IMG/VR virus record: IMGVR_UViG_2930305612_000002
Span: 2,176 to 66,175 of that record
DNA length: 64,000 nucleotides
Origin: a virus
Lineage: Duplodnaviria > Caudoviricetes
Strand: one strand, 5' to 3'
This document shows, one piece after another, positions 37,979 through 46,517 of this stretch. Made by a program: the position numbers and the translations under genes. Under the pieces are notes generated by a model. That model saw only the letters and a list, made by a program, of their open reading frames with translations, was not told the DNA's origin and did not search any database. Each line of letters begins with the position of its first letter. Position 1 is the stretch's first letter.

Positions 37979-38209
37979 TCAGGCGGTGGGGCGGGGCATG
38001 GCCCGGCATGTCTCGGCGTGGGACTGGGCCCATCGGTGGGGGTCGCTGCTGCCGGGCCCGCCGTCGCGGTTCGACGCGATGCAGCCTGAGCAGAGGGCTC
38101 GGACCGGGGACCATTCGTCGGCGTCCCACACCCCGACGGTTGAGCCGCCGACAGTGAGGTACCGGGCGGTGAGACCTTCGGGCCAGGCGGGCTGGGTGGT
38201 CTCGGGCAT
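37979..38209 (-). CDS. Small Zn-binding protein
   Basis: ARYLTVGG...CSGC...WAQSHAETCRAMPRP. Confidence 0.65.
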   Translation of the reverse strand: MPETTQPAWPEGLTARYLTVGGSTVGVWDADEWSPVRALCSGCIASNRDGGPGSSDPHRWAQSHAETCRAMPRPTA

Positions 38210-38436
38210 GGCTGTGCCTTCCGGTGGTCATGCGGATGGGGTGGAGAGCCGCGGGCGAGGGGCGGGGGTGGACACCTCGCCCGCGGCGGTCTGGGGTTAG
38301 CGGCGCTGCGCTTCAGCGGCTTGGCGCAGCCACTCGGCATGCTCGGCAGCCTGCTGGGCGGCGCGGGCGGCTTCCTGGGAGCGGGCAACCTGCTCAGCCA
38401 GGGCGGCGTGCGCGGCCTCCTCGGTGGTCACCGCGG

Positions 38437-38892
38437 TCACCGGCTGAGGAGGTGGTGGGCGCGACGCGGGGCGGTGGGCCAGGAGGACGTGACGCGGATG
38501 TCGTTGCCCCACTTCGGGTGGGCGACGCGCACGACGCGCAGCGGCTGGCCGGTGCGGTCGGTGATCTCCCACTCCTCGACGGTGGCGCCCTCGGCGAGCG
38601 ACTCGGCGATCTCCGCCTCGGTCTCCTCGGTGGTCGAGAAGCCCCAGAGGGAGCCGTGGTTGTCGAAGTTCGCGACGGTCTGCTCGGCGAACGCCAGCTC
38701 CAGCCGGTGCAGGGCCTCGACGGCGATCGTCGTCAGGGGCTCGGTGCCGCGCTTCACGCCAGCGGCGACCAGGCGGCGGGACTGGGTGGGACGGACGTGG
38801 GACGCGGCGGCGTGAGCGGCGGAGTCGGCCGGCGACATGGAGGCCGGGGCGTCGGGACTCGTGGGTGCCGACGTAAGGTATGCGGTGGCCAT
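38437..38892 (-). CDS. First gene of leftward transfer operon, hypothetical
   Basis: GGGAG RBS; downstream of promoter at 39062-39090. Confidence 0.6.
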   Translation of the reverse strand: MATAYLTSAPTSPDAPASMSPADSAAHAAASHVRPTQSRRLVAAGVKRGTEPLTTIAVEALHRLELAFAEQTVANFDNHGSLWGFSTTEETEAEIAESLAEGATVEEWEITDRTGQPLRVVRVAHPKWGNDIRVTSSWPTAPRRAHHLLSR

Positions 38893-39031
38893 CAGGTTCT
38901 CCCTAGCAGGTGCCTGTTGGTTGGCGGGTCGGTGCGTGCGCGATGTAGGAGTCGCAAGCGCCCGGCCCGTTTTCTGTTGTGTGATGCCGTCCGCGGACTG
39001 GGTCCGGTAGGAGTGGACGACTGCGCTCCTC

Positions 39032-39126
39032 CAAGCGGCGCTTGAAGTGGCGTTGGTGATGACAGTAGGACTCTCCGCACTCGGCGTCAAGCACTGCTTG
39101 TCGATGGGCTGAATCCGCCCTACCCT
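39032..39126. promoter_or_regulatory. Divergent promoters with two CAAGC-N3-GCTTG operators
   Basis: Operators 39032-39044 and 39088-39100; leftward TTGACG-N17-TACTGT; rightward TTGTCG-N17-TACCCT. Confidence 0.7.
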
Positions 39127-39132
39127 CAGGGC

Positions 39133-39369
39133 ATGACCGAGACCCTGGACACCGCCTACGCCGCCCTGGTCGGCGCCCTCAAGGAGAAGCCCGACCCGGA
39201 GCAGTACAAGGCGATCAAGGATCTCGAAGAGCGGTTCGACACGGACATGAAGCAGCTCAAGGCCGCAATCGCGAACCGCCTGCACGATGGGCGCTCCTGG
39301 AGCGAGGTCGGCAAGCTGCTCGGCGTAACCGGATCGCGGGCGGAACAGATCTCCCGTGCCGCACGGTGA
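39133..39369 (+). CDS. Small HTH repressor, probably leaderless
   Basis: RSWSEVGKLLGVTGSRAEQI. Confidence 0.8.
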   Translation: MTETLDTAYAALVGALKEKPDPEQYKAIKDLEERFDTDMKQLKAAIANRLHDGRSWSEVGKLLGVTGSRAEQISRAAR

Positions 39370-39489
39370 ATGGCTCTTCTTCATGCCTTCGAGCCTGAGC
39401 CCAGCCGACCTACCGCACCATGAGCGCCATCAGTACCGACTCCGTCTCTTTGGCCCGCGCTGGCACGTTCACGGCAGCGGGCCAGCACC

Positions 39490-40164
39490 ATGTCAGTACC
39501 TCTCCGCCAACGACCCGACCGGGGCTGGATAGTGGAAGTCATTAACGCATGGACCGGGCGTCGAGCTGTCGCGCTTCAGCAGGCGTATCGGTTGACGCAG
39601 GAGCAGTTCGCGGCTCGCCTCGGGGTGTCGCCGCGGACGGTCGGCAAGTGGCACGCCGCCCCTGACGGGAAGATCTCCCGCCCTCACATGCAGCAGATTC
39701 TTGATGTTGCCTACGAAGGGGCCGAGGAGAGCGTGCGAACACGGTTCAACCTGCTGGTCCGCCCGCCTGCGCCAGTTATTCAGGCACAGGCCCTGCGGGT
39801 GGCGATCGCCGTGGTGCGGCGCGGAGATGAAGTGCTCCTCGTCTGCCGGCGCGGCGAGGACGCCCTGTCGTGGCAGTTCCCGGCGGGCATGGTGAAGCCG
39901 GGCCGTACCCCCGCCGCGGTCGCTGTCGAGGAGACGCACGCGGAGACCGGCGTGCGGTGCGCGGTCCGCCGCCATCTCGGCAGCCGGGTTCACCCCGTCA
40001 CGGGCGTGCTGGCCGAGTACCAGTTCGCCGAGTACCTGATGGGCGAGGCGACGAACCGCGACGACCGGGAAAACGACGCCGTCACCTGGGTGCCGATCGC
40101 CGACCTGCCCCGCTTCATTCCGACCGAGCAGATCTATCCGCCCATCCTGGAGGTACTGGCGTGA
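39490..40164 (+). CDS. XRE-HTH fused to degenerate Nudix domain
   Basis: LTQEQFAARLGVSPRTVGKW; WQFPAGMVKPGRTPAAVAVEETHAETGV; start could be GTG 39532. Confidence 0.85.
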   Translation: MSVPLRQRPDRGWIVEVINAWTGRRAVALQQAYRLTQEQFAARLGVSPRTVGKWHAAPDGKISRPHMQQILDVAYEGAEESVRTRFNLLVRPPAPVIQAQALRVAIAVVRRGDEVLLVCRRGEDALSWQFPAGMVKPGRTPAAVAVEETHAETGVRCAVRRHLGSRVHPVTGVLAEYQFAEYLMGEATNRDDRENDAVTWVPIADLPRFIPTEQIYPPILEVLA

Positions 40165-40577
40165 CCAACACGACCGACAAGCAGCAGCCCATCTCCATGG
40201 CGATCATCGTCCGGGACGGGCTGGTGCTGATGATCCGGCGCCGGGAGCAGGAGGGGAAGCTGCTGTGGGCGTTCCCCGGCGGCGGCATCGAGGGCGACGA
40301 GACGCCGGAGGAGGCCGCGGTGCGGGAGGTGGCCGAGGAGGTCGGGCTCGACGTCAAGGCGGTCCGCGTTCTCGGCGACCGGGTGCACCCGCAGACTGGC
40401 CGGCACATGACCTACGTCGCCTGCGAAGTCGTCGCCGGTGAGGCCCGGGTGGCGGACGCCGAGGAGCTGGCCGAGGTCGCGTGGGTGGCTCACGGGGACA
40501 TCCCGGGGCTGGTGCCGTGGGGCCTGTTCGCGCCGGTGCAGGCGTACCTCGACGACGCGCTGACGCCCACGTCGTAG
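40161..40577 (+). CDS. Nudix hydrolase
   Basis: Canonical box GGIEGDETPEEAAVREVAEEVGL; GTGA overlap with upstream gene. Confidence 0.92.
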   Translation: MTNTTDKQQPISMAIIVRDGLVLMIRRREQEGKLLWAFPGGGIEGDETPEEAAVREVAEEVGLDVKAVRVLGDRVHPQTGRHMTYVACEVVAGEARVADAEELAEVAWVAHGDIPGLVPWGLFAPVQAYLDDALTPTS

Positions 40578-40589
40578 CCCGCACGCAAA

Positions 40590-40623
40590 GAAGCCCCCAC
40601 CTGCCGTCGCAGGTGGGGGCTTC
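40590..40623. terminator. Bidirectional terminator
   Basis: GAAGCCCCCACCTGC-cgtc-GCAGGTGGGGGCTTC, 15-bp stem between convergent units. Confidence 0.8.
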
Positions 40624-40761
40624 GTCATCGGGTGCGCAGGATGGACCGGCAGTCGATCGCGTCCGCTTCCTCGTCGACGACCCCGGCGAGCCGCTCGACG
40701 TCGTCGGTGCCGGTGACGATGGGGATGCGGTCGCTGGTCGGCGGGATGTGCTCGTGGCCGG

Positions 40762-41376
40762 TCATGCTGCGACCCGCCGTTCGGCCGCCGGGAGCTGGAG
40801 CACTTCCGTATGCCCGTACTGGGTTGAGCAGCTGGGGCAGCGGGCGCCGGGGGTGTCGAGGGTGACGCGCATGGTGCCGCCGCAGGGGCAGGCGACGGTG
40901 ACCCGGCGGGGCGGGGCTTCCCCGGTGACGAGCCGCCTGGCCTGGCCGGCTATCTGTCGCAATTCGTCGCTGAATTCTCGCGCGGCCGGGTGCTCGGTGA
41001 CGATCCACGGCAGTTGGAGGCGGAGGAACGCAACGCATCCGATGACGGTCTGCTGGGTGCTGCCGCGGAAGGGGCGCAGGTCCCAGCCGAGGATGGATCG
41101 CACGTCGTCTTCCCAGCTGCCGAGGATGCCTTCGATGCCACCGTGGGCGCGGAGGTCTAGGGCGTCGAGGTTGCAAGGGATGGGTGCGGTGCGGGTGCCG
41201 GTGCGCCCTTCGCCGCCTCGCCGGCCGGGGTACAGGGCGTCTTCGAGCTCGACGTAGAGGGCGGGCAGGGCGGCCAGGTTCTCGTCGAGCTTCGCTTGGC
41301 AGCCCTCGTGCACGGGGCCGTTGCAAGGGCGGTCACACAGGGGGCAGGGCCAGGACTGCGGGGCGGCTTCGATCAC
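40762..41376 (-). CDS. Zn-binding phage protein at end of early region
   Basis: CPLC...HEGC, CPCG...CPSC. Confidence 0.7.
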   Translation of the reverse strand: MIEAAPQSWPCPLCDRPCNGPVHEGCQAKLDENLAALPALYVELEDALYPGRRGGEGRTGTRTAPIPCNLDALDLRAHGGIEGILGSWEDDVRSILGWDLRPFRGSTQQTVIGCVAFLRLQLPWIVTEHPAAREFSDELRQIAGQARRLVTGEAPPRRVTVACPCGGTMRVTLDTPGARCPSCSTQYGHTEVLQLPAAERRVAA

Positions 41377-41399
41377 GGCGTACTCCTTGCGGGGCGGGC

Positions 41400-41696
41400 T
41401 CAGGCGGTGGGGCGGCGGCGTGTTTGGCGGGCTCCGGTGTCGACGCCGTTGAGGTAGTCCCAGGCGCTGCGGAACGTGTGCGGGCCGGAGCTGCTGGAGC
41501 CGACGACGAGGTTGTAGAAGCCGGGCACGCTTTCGCCGTTGACCTTGTACCGGCCGGGGTGGATGGCGATCCGGAGGCCGGTGTCGTGGGTGACGACAGC
41601 CGCGTGCCAGGCGAGCCTGGTGAGCTCGGACCAGGCGGGGTCGAGCGGCGGTTCGATGTGGCTGCCGCCCTCGGTGCGGACTCGGGTGACGTTCAC
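41400..41696 (-). CDS. Hypothetical protein
   Basis: AGGAG RBS; AWDYLNGVDTGA. Confidence 0.6.
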   Translation of the reverse strand: MNVTRVRTEGGSHIEPPLDPAWSELTRLAWHAAVVTHDTGLRIAIHPGRYKVNGESVPGFYNLVVGSSSSGPHTFRSAWDYLNGVDTGARQTRRRPTA

Positions 41697-42365
41697 GGCT
41701 GCTCCTGCGGGTCGGAGAGGGCGGGCTTCAGGTCCGCCGCTGCCGCTTGCCGGATGACGTCTTCGAGGTCGGCGTGGCTGTACGGGTCGTCGTCCCGCAT
41801 GGCCCCGGTGTCGCAGAGGGCGCGGCGGATCCCGTCGAGCTGGTGCTCCTTGGCGCGCCGGGCCTGGTGGGCGAGGTCGAGGCGGCGCTCGGCCTGCTCG
41901 GCGCGGGCGGTGAGTTCCTCGACGCGGGTGTCGCGGACGGCGAGGATGGCGTCGGCGTCGCCTGCGTAGGCGAGCAGGTCGTCGGGGTGGGCGTCAGCCC
42001 ATCGGCGGGTGGGGTTGTTGCGCTCGTAGATCGCCGCCGCGTACTGGTCGCGCAGGTCGTCCGTCGTCGCGGGCTTGCTGCACGGGTTCGCCCCGCAGGC
42101 GCAGTTGGCGCAGTGGCCGCAGAAGGGCTGCTCGCGGTAGTTGCGGTAGACGACGGGCCCCTTGCCGCAGGCGCAGCAGTTGTCCGCCGCATCCCCGCCG
42201 GTCGCGGGGTTGTTCGGCGTTGTTCGCCACCAGCGCATGCCGGTGTCGGTGGCGTGGCTGCCGGAGTGGCCGGGGCGCAGGACGCATTCCCCGGAGGGGA
42301 TGGCCCCGTTGAGGCCGAGTCCGGGCGGCAGTTCTCCGCAGTGCTCGATGGGCTGGTCGGTCATT
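41693..42365 (-). CDS. Mosaic Cys-rich/coiled-coil phage protein
   Basis: CVLRPGHSGSH, CCACG...CGHCANC, DDLRDQYAAAI. Confidence 0.6.
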
Positions 42366-42378
42366 TCGGTTCCTTCGG

Positions 42379-42753
42379 TCAACTGCTCTGGCGGATCGAG
42401 GATTCTGGGCTCTGAGCGCCGCTCTGGAGCCCGGAGGTCTCCAGGGACCCACGAGCCGAATTCGGGCGGGAGGCGGGCACTGAGGGCCCTTCTCGGGTGT
42501 CGCCCGCCCCGCTCCACCGTTCGGGGACGCGGATGTCGTCGAGGTCGATCAGCCCCAACCGCAGCGCCACCGCCACCGCTTGGGTCCTCGATGCAGCCCC
42601 CAGCGACCGGGCCGCCAGCGTCAGCCGGAGGTGGATGGCCGCTTCCGTCACGCCGACACGGCTGGCGATCTGCTTGCTGGTGTGACCGTTCGCGGCCAGC
42701 CGGAGCGCGGTCAGCTGGCCGGGGCTGAGTCGGCCGTCGAGGACGCGCGGCAT
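42379..42753 (-). CDS. LuxR-type HTH regulator
   Basis: LSPGQLTALRLAANGHTSKQIA...LGAASRTQAVAVALRLGLI. Confidence 0.85.
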   Translation of the reverse strand: MPRVLDGRLSPGQLTALRLAANGHTSKQIASRVGVTEAAIHLRLTLAARSLGAASRTQAVAVALRLGLIDLDDIRVPERWSGAGDTREGPSVPASRPNSARGSLETSGLQSGAQSPESSIRQSS

Positions 42754-42973
42754 CACAGCCACCCCCCGACCACATCGACCGTTTCGGCTCCGCGCGCCCA
42801 GTCGGCCCACCGGCGTCCCCGGCTGGGGCTGGACCCGTAGTCGCCGGTTATCGCCTGCTGCGGGCCGTGGAGGTCGAGGAACGCCCGCTCGTCCGCGTCC
42901 GCGGTGTCGCACGGCTCGGTCGCCCAGTCGTCGGGCCACAGCGGCGGCTGGACAGCGCCGGCGAGCGTGTCGG

Positions 42974-43540
42974 TCATCGCTGGGCCTTGGTGGGGGCGAA
43001 GTCCCGCGCCTTGATCTTCGCCATGCGCCCGTCGGGGTGGTGAAAGACGAGCCCTTCCCACTGGTGTCGGCGGAGGAAGTCGGCGACGCCTTCGAAGGTG
43101 CGCTCGTCGAAGTCGGGGTCAAGCTGCTCAGCGGTGGCGTGCCGGATAAGCGTGTGCCGCTCAAGTCCCTCGGGATTGCCGTTGATCTTCGGGCCGCAGA
43201 GTTCGTAGGTTCCGTGCGGCCAGTTGTGGTGGATTCCCGCAGCTTCGGCGTGGATCTTGGCGTAGCTCGACTGCGCCATGGGCTCCCACCCGACGGCCTT
43301 GCCGGTCTCCGGGTCGAAGGAGATCTGCGCGAACCGGGGAGGCGGAGTCTTGCCGGGCTTCACCTCGCGACGGGCCCACCATTCGCCGGACGCGTCGAGC
43401 ATCACGCAGGTGCCGTCCCACTTGCGGGTGGCCTTGCCCTCCCCGGCGATCACCCACTCGCAGCCGGAGGTGACTTCGGGCAGAACGAGGGCCGGGCGGG
43501 CGTCGAAGTCTCGGACGAACAGGGTCGGGATCTTGCGCAC
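42974..43540 (-). CDS. RNA ligase-like nucleotidyltransferase (DUF5565-like)
   Basis: Motif I TRKWDGT, YELCGPKINGNP, EGLVF, AKIK. Confidence 0.8.
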   Translation of the reverse strand: MRKIPTLFVRDFDARPALVLPEVTSGCEWVIAGEGKATRKWDGTCVMLDASGEWWARREVKPGKTPPPRFAQISFDPETGKAVGWEPMAQSSYAKIHAEAAGIHHNWPHGTYELCGPKINGNPEGLERHTLIRHATAEQLDPDFDERTFEGVADFLRRHQWEGLVFHHPDGRMAKIKARDFAPTKAQR

Positions 43541-43557
43541 GGTGGTTCTCCTTCGGG

Positions 43558-43824
43558 TCAGGGGCGGGTGATGTGCAGTCGGCGTCGGCCGCCGCGGTCC
43601 ATCTGGTCGGGGATCACGCAGTAGCCGGCCGTCTGGAGTGCGAGCCGGTACCGCTTCAGGGCGTCCTGTTCGCCGGGCCCGTCGTGGAAGACGTTGACCT
43701 GGCGGCGGCCGTCCTGGGCGGTGCGGTAGCCGGGGTCCCAGTCGCCGTCGATGAACTCGGACGGTTCGTAGCCGCCGTAGGCGAGCACGGCGTCGATGTC
43801 TCGGGCGCGCAGGTGGCGGGCCAT
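43558..43824 (-). CDS. Hypothetical protein
   Basis: MARHLRARD; start overlaps MazG-like stop. Confidence 0.6.
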   Translation of the reverse strand: MARHLRARDIDAVLAYGGYEPSEFIDGDWDPGYRTAQDGRRQVNVFHDGPGEQDALKRYRLALQTAGYCVIPDQMDRGGRRRLHITRP

Positions 43825-44147
43825 CAGGCGGTCGCCTTCGCTCGGGCGGCGATCTTGGCGAGCTTCGCGTCGAGGATGCGGCTCGGCTCTGCATAGGTGA
43901 TCGACGCGAGGGCCACGGCAGCGGTGACGATCACGTCGCACAGTTCGTCCTCGACATCGGCACGGCTGTGCGTCACACCCTTGCGCGGGTTCTGGCCCTG
44001 CATGCCGATGTACGCCTGGGCGGCCTCGCCCGCCTCCTCGACGAGTTTCAGCAGGCGCATGCTGATCTCGTGCTGGTTGCGGCCGTTCTGCCGGTCCAGC
44101 CACTCGACAAGGCCGGTGATCGTCTTCCACTGGTCTGGGGTCAGCAC
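43824..44147 (-). CDS. MazG-like nucleotide pyrophosphohydrolase
   Basis: KLVEEAGEAAQA...QNPRKG...EDELCDVIVTA. Confidence 0.85.
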   Translation of the reverse strand: MLTPDQWKTITGLVEWLDRQNGRNQHEISMRLLKLVEEAGEAAQAYIGMQGQNPRKGVTHSRADVEDELCDVIVTAAVALASITYAEPSRILDAKLAKIAARAKATA

Positions 44148-44227
44148 GGTGGTTCTCCTTCGGGCTCGTGATCTGCTGGCGGGGTGGCCGCCCCGATTCG
44201 AGCGGGGCGGCCACAGGGGGCAGACAG

Positions 44228-44548
44228 TCAGGCGTTGGGGTGCTGGCCGCCGAGGTCGACGAGCAGGGCAGTGAGGCTCTTCAGGCCGGACGGCCCGAAC
44301 TGGCTGGCGGTCGTGATCGCGTTGCGCGTCCAGTCGACGAGCGAGCCCACCTTCTCGGCGGCAGATCCGGCGGCATCCTCGCTGGCGAACGAGGCCAGTG
44401 CCGGACCGTCGTGGTGCGCGAGGATCCAGCGGTACGGGGAAGCCGTACTGACGTCGGCGGGCACCTCGTAGACGTGCAGCCCCGGGACGGGCTCGGTGAT
44501 GTCTACGGTGACTGGTCCGGCCGAGGTGGAGATGGTCGTGGTGCTCAT
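44228..44548 (-). CDS. Hypothetical protein, paralog of 53034..53573
   Basis: VPGLHVYEVP...SPYRWILAHHDG...VDWT. Confidence 0.65.
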   Translation of the reverse strand: MSTTTISTSAGPVTVDITEPVPGLHVYEVPADVSTASPYRWILAHHDGPALASFASEDAAGSAAEKVGSLVDWTRNAITTASQFGPSGLKSLTALLVDLGGQHPNA

Positions 44549-44623
44549 GTGGTTCTCCTTCGGGTTGTGTGGTGGGGTGGGGGCTGAGCCGTGCCGGATA
44601 CGCCCCGGCACGGCTCGCCTGCG

Positions 44624-45058
44624 TCACGGGGCGGTGTTGATCCGGGCGGGGAGGAAGCGCGCGCCCTCGCCGGTCATCACGTCGAGCCACAGGAACTGGC
44701 CCTTGGTCCGGTCGGGGTTGGTCTGGAACATGCAGTCGGCGTACTCGGGGCGGCCCAGCTCGGCGAGCACGGGCTCCATGTGCGGCCGAGCGTGGGCGAC
44801 GACGGCACGCTGGAGGACGTTGATGTCGTCGGTCGTCACCACCAGCGGCGGTACAGGACGCGAGGCGCCGAGCAGGCCGAACTCGATGCGGTAGGTCACG
44901 ACCGGGGCCTTACCAGCGCCGGGGCAGGTCTCGCCGGTGGAGAACCCGGCGGGCGTCATCCCGACGTGGCGGAACATCGTGCCGCTCTTGGTGAGTCGGA
45001 AGTCGAGTCCACAGGTCGGGCAGTTGGCGCGCTTCCGGGTGGTGGTCTGGGCGTTCAT
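44624..45058 (-). CDS. Zn-finger-containing hypothetical protein
   Basis: CPTCG...RH...CPGAG; AAGGAG RBS. Confidence 0.6.
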   Translation of the reverse strand: MNAQTTTRKRANCPTCGLDFRLTKSGTMFRHVGMTPAGFSTGETCPGAGKAPVVTYRIEFGLLGASRPVPPLVVTTDDINVLQRAVVAHARPHMEPVLAELGRPEYADCMFQTNPDRTKGQFLWLDVMTGEGARFLPARINTAP

Positions 45059-45128
45059 GCGGGTCTCCTTGGTCGCAGTGCGTGCGGGTTCGGGGTGGTG
45101 GGGCGTCAGGCAGGGCCTGGGTCGCGGG

Positions 45129-45401
45129 TCAACGTGCGGGGGTGCGGAGCCCGGCGAGGAGCGCGGCCCGGTTGGCGGCTTGCTGGGCGGGCGACATGGG
45201 CATGCGGGCGGGCTTGTAGTCGCGGATTTGGCCGGTGGGGACGGCTTCGGCGTAGAGGCGGCCCAGGGCGTCTGTGGACGGCAGGCGCAGGGCGTGCCGG
45301 ACGCGGTTGACGGTGCCCCGGCCGCAGTTGAGGCGGCGGGCGATCGAGGCGTCGGAGTGTCCGGCGCGAACCAGGGCGGCGATGTCGGCGCGGATCTTCA
45401 T
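45129..45401 (-). CDS. HTH protein
   Basis: AGHSDASIARRLNCGRGTVNRVR. Confidence 0.7.
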   Translation of the reverse strand: MKIRADIAALVRAGHSDASIARRLNCGRGTVNRVRHALRLPSTDALGRLYAEAVPTGQIRDYKPARMPMSPAQQAANRAALLAGLRTPAR

Positions 45402-45781
45402 GCGGCGGCCTCCTTGGCGCGGGCGTGCTCGTAGCGGGTGCGGGCAGCGATGAACTCGGCGTCAGTGCCGCCGCGATCCGGGTGAGCGGCGGCCATGGCC
45501 GCTTTCAGCTCCAACAGGGAGGGCGGCTTCGGCTGGCCGGGGATCTCCGGGGGCGCCAGGTGCAGGAGGCGCCGGGTGTAGCCGTGGCGGAACTCGCCGT
45601 CAGCTTCGATGCGCTGACGGTCAACAAACCCGGCGTGCCCGTTCCACACGAAGTAGATCCGCTTCGGCGTCTTCTTCGTGATCTCGTGGCGGAGGATCTG
45701 GTAGTTGCCGAGCGGGCCGTCGTCCCAGTTGGCGTCCCACAGCTCGTACAGGTACTCGACCTGCATCGGGGAGTTGCTCAT
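45398..45781 (-). CDS. Protein with C-terminal J-domain-like motif
   Basis: AAAHPDRGGTDAEF. Confidence 0.6.
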   Translation of the reverse strand: MSNSPMQVEYLYELWDANWDDGPLGNYQILRHEITKKTPKRIYFVWNGHAGFVDRQRIEADGEFRHGYTRRLLHLAPPEIPGQPKPPSLLELKAAMAAAHPDRGGTDAEFIAARTRYEHARAKEAAA

Positions 45782-46086
45782 GCGGCTGTCCTTTCGGTTT
45801 CGGTGTACCGCTCGGCGTGGACGGTGCCGCCGGGGAGAGCACGCCCGTCGCGGTGGCAGGGGATGGTCGGTTCGACCTGGCAGGTGGGGCAGCAAGCGGT
45901 GGTTTGCGCCCAGGTGGCCATGCGCTGGGGGTGGGGTTGGACGTGCTTGCCGTTGGTGCGGAGGTGGCAGGGCTGGTGGGGGTGGGCGCCGCAGTGGGGG
46001 CAGGCGTGGGCGCGGGCGGGGTGCTGGCCGGCGCGCATCATGTGCCGCAGCGAATCCGGCATCGGGGCCTGGGAGTGACGGTTCAT
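45778..46086 (-). CDS. Double zinc-finger protein
   Basis: CPHC...PC...HPQR and CPTC...PC...HAER. Confidence 0.7.
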   Translation of the reverse strand: MNRHSQAPMPDSLRHMMRAGQHPARAHACPHCGAHPHQPCHLRTNGKHVQPHPQRMATWAQTTACCPTCQVEPTIPCHRDGRALPGGTVHAERYTETERTAA

Positions 46087-46517
46087 GACGCCACCTGCTC
46101 GCGGTCGAGCGTGATCACGGTCGGGCACGGCCACTCGTACCGGTCGGACCGCCAGCCGGGTCCGTCATCGTCCTCGTTCACGCACGCGGCGCAGACGAAG
46201 CCGAGGCGCTGGCGGGCGCACAGGTACTCGCCGCCCTCGTCGGACTCGCAGTGATCGTCACCCCATCCGTCACCGTCGGGGTCGCATCCGCAGTCCTCGG
46301 CACGCGGCAGGATCTCCTGCCGGGAGTGCTCGAACCGCTTGACCATCTCGGGGTGATGCCGCTCGGCGAAGAACCGGATCCGGCTAGCAAACTCGGCAGC
46401 GGTCTCGTTGGTGTACGGCGTCATGTTCAGCGCCTGCCAGGCCACGGCCTCGGCGGCAGCCAGTCGGCGCTGCGTCATGTCGACGCCGATGCGGTTCAAG
46501 TCGTCGGTGAGTGTCAC
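46083..46517 (-). CDS. Hypothetical Cys-rich protein
   Basis: CAAC...EWPCPT. Confidence 0.6.
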   Translation of the reverse strand: MTLTDDLNRIGVDMTQRRLAAAEAVAWQALNMTPYTNETAAEFASRIRFFAERHHPEMVKRFEHSRQEILPRAEDCGCDPDGDGWGDDHCESDEGGEYLCARQRLGFVCAACVNEDDDGPGWRSDRYEWPCPTVITLDREQVAS

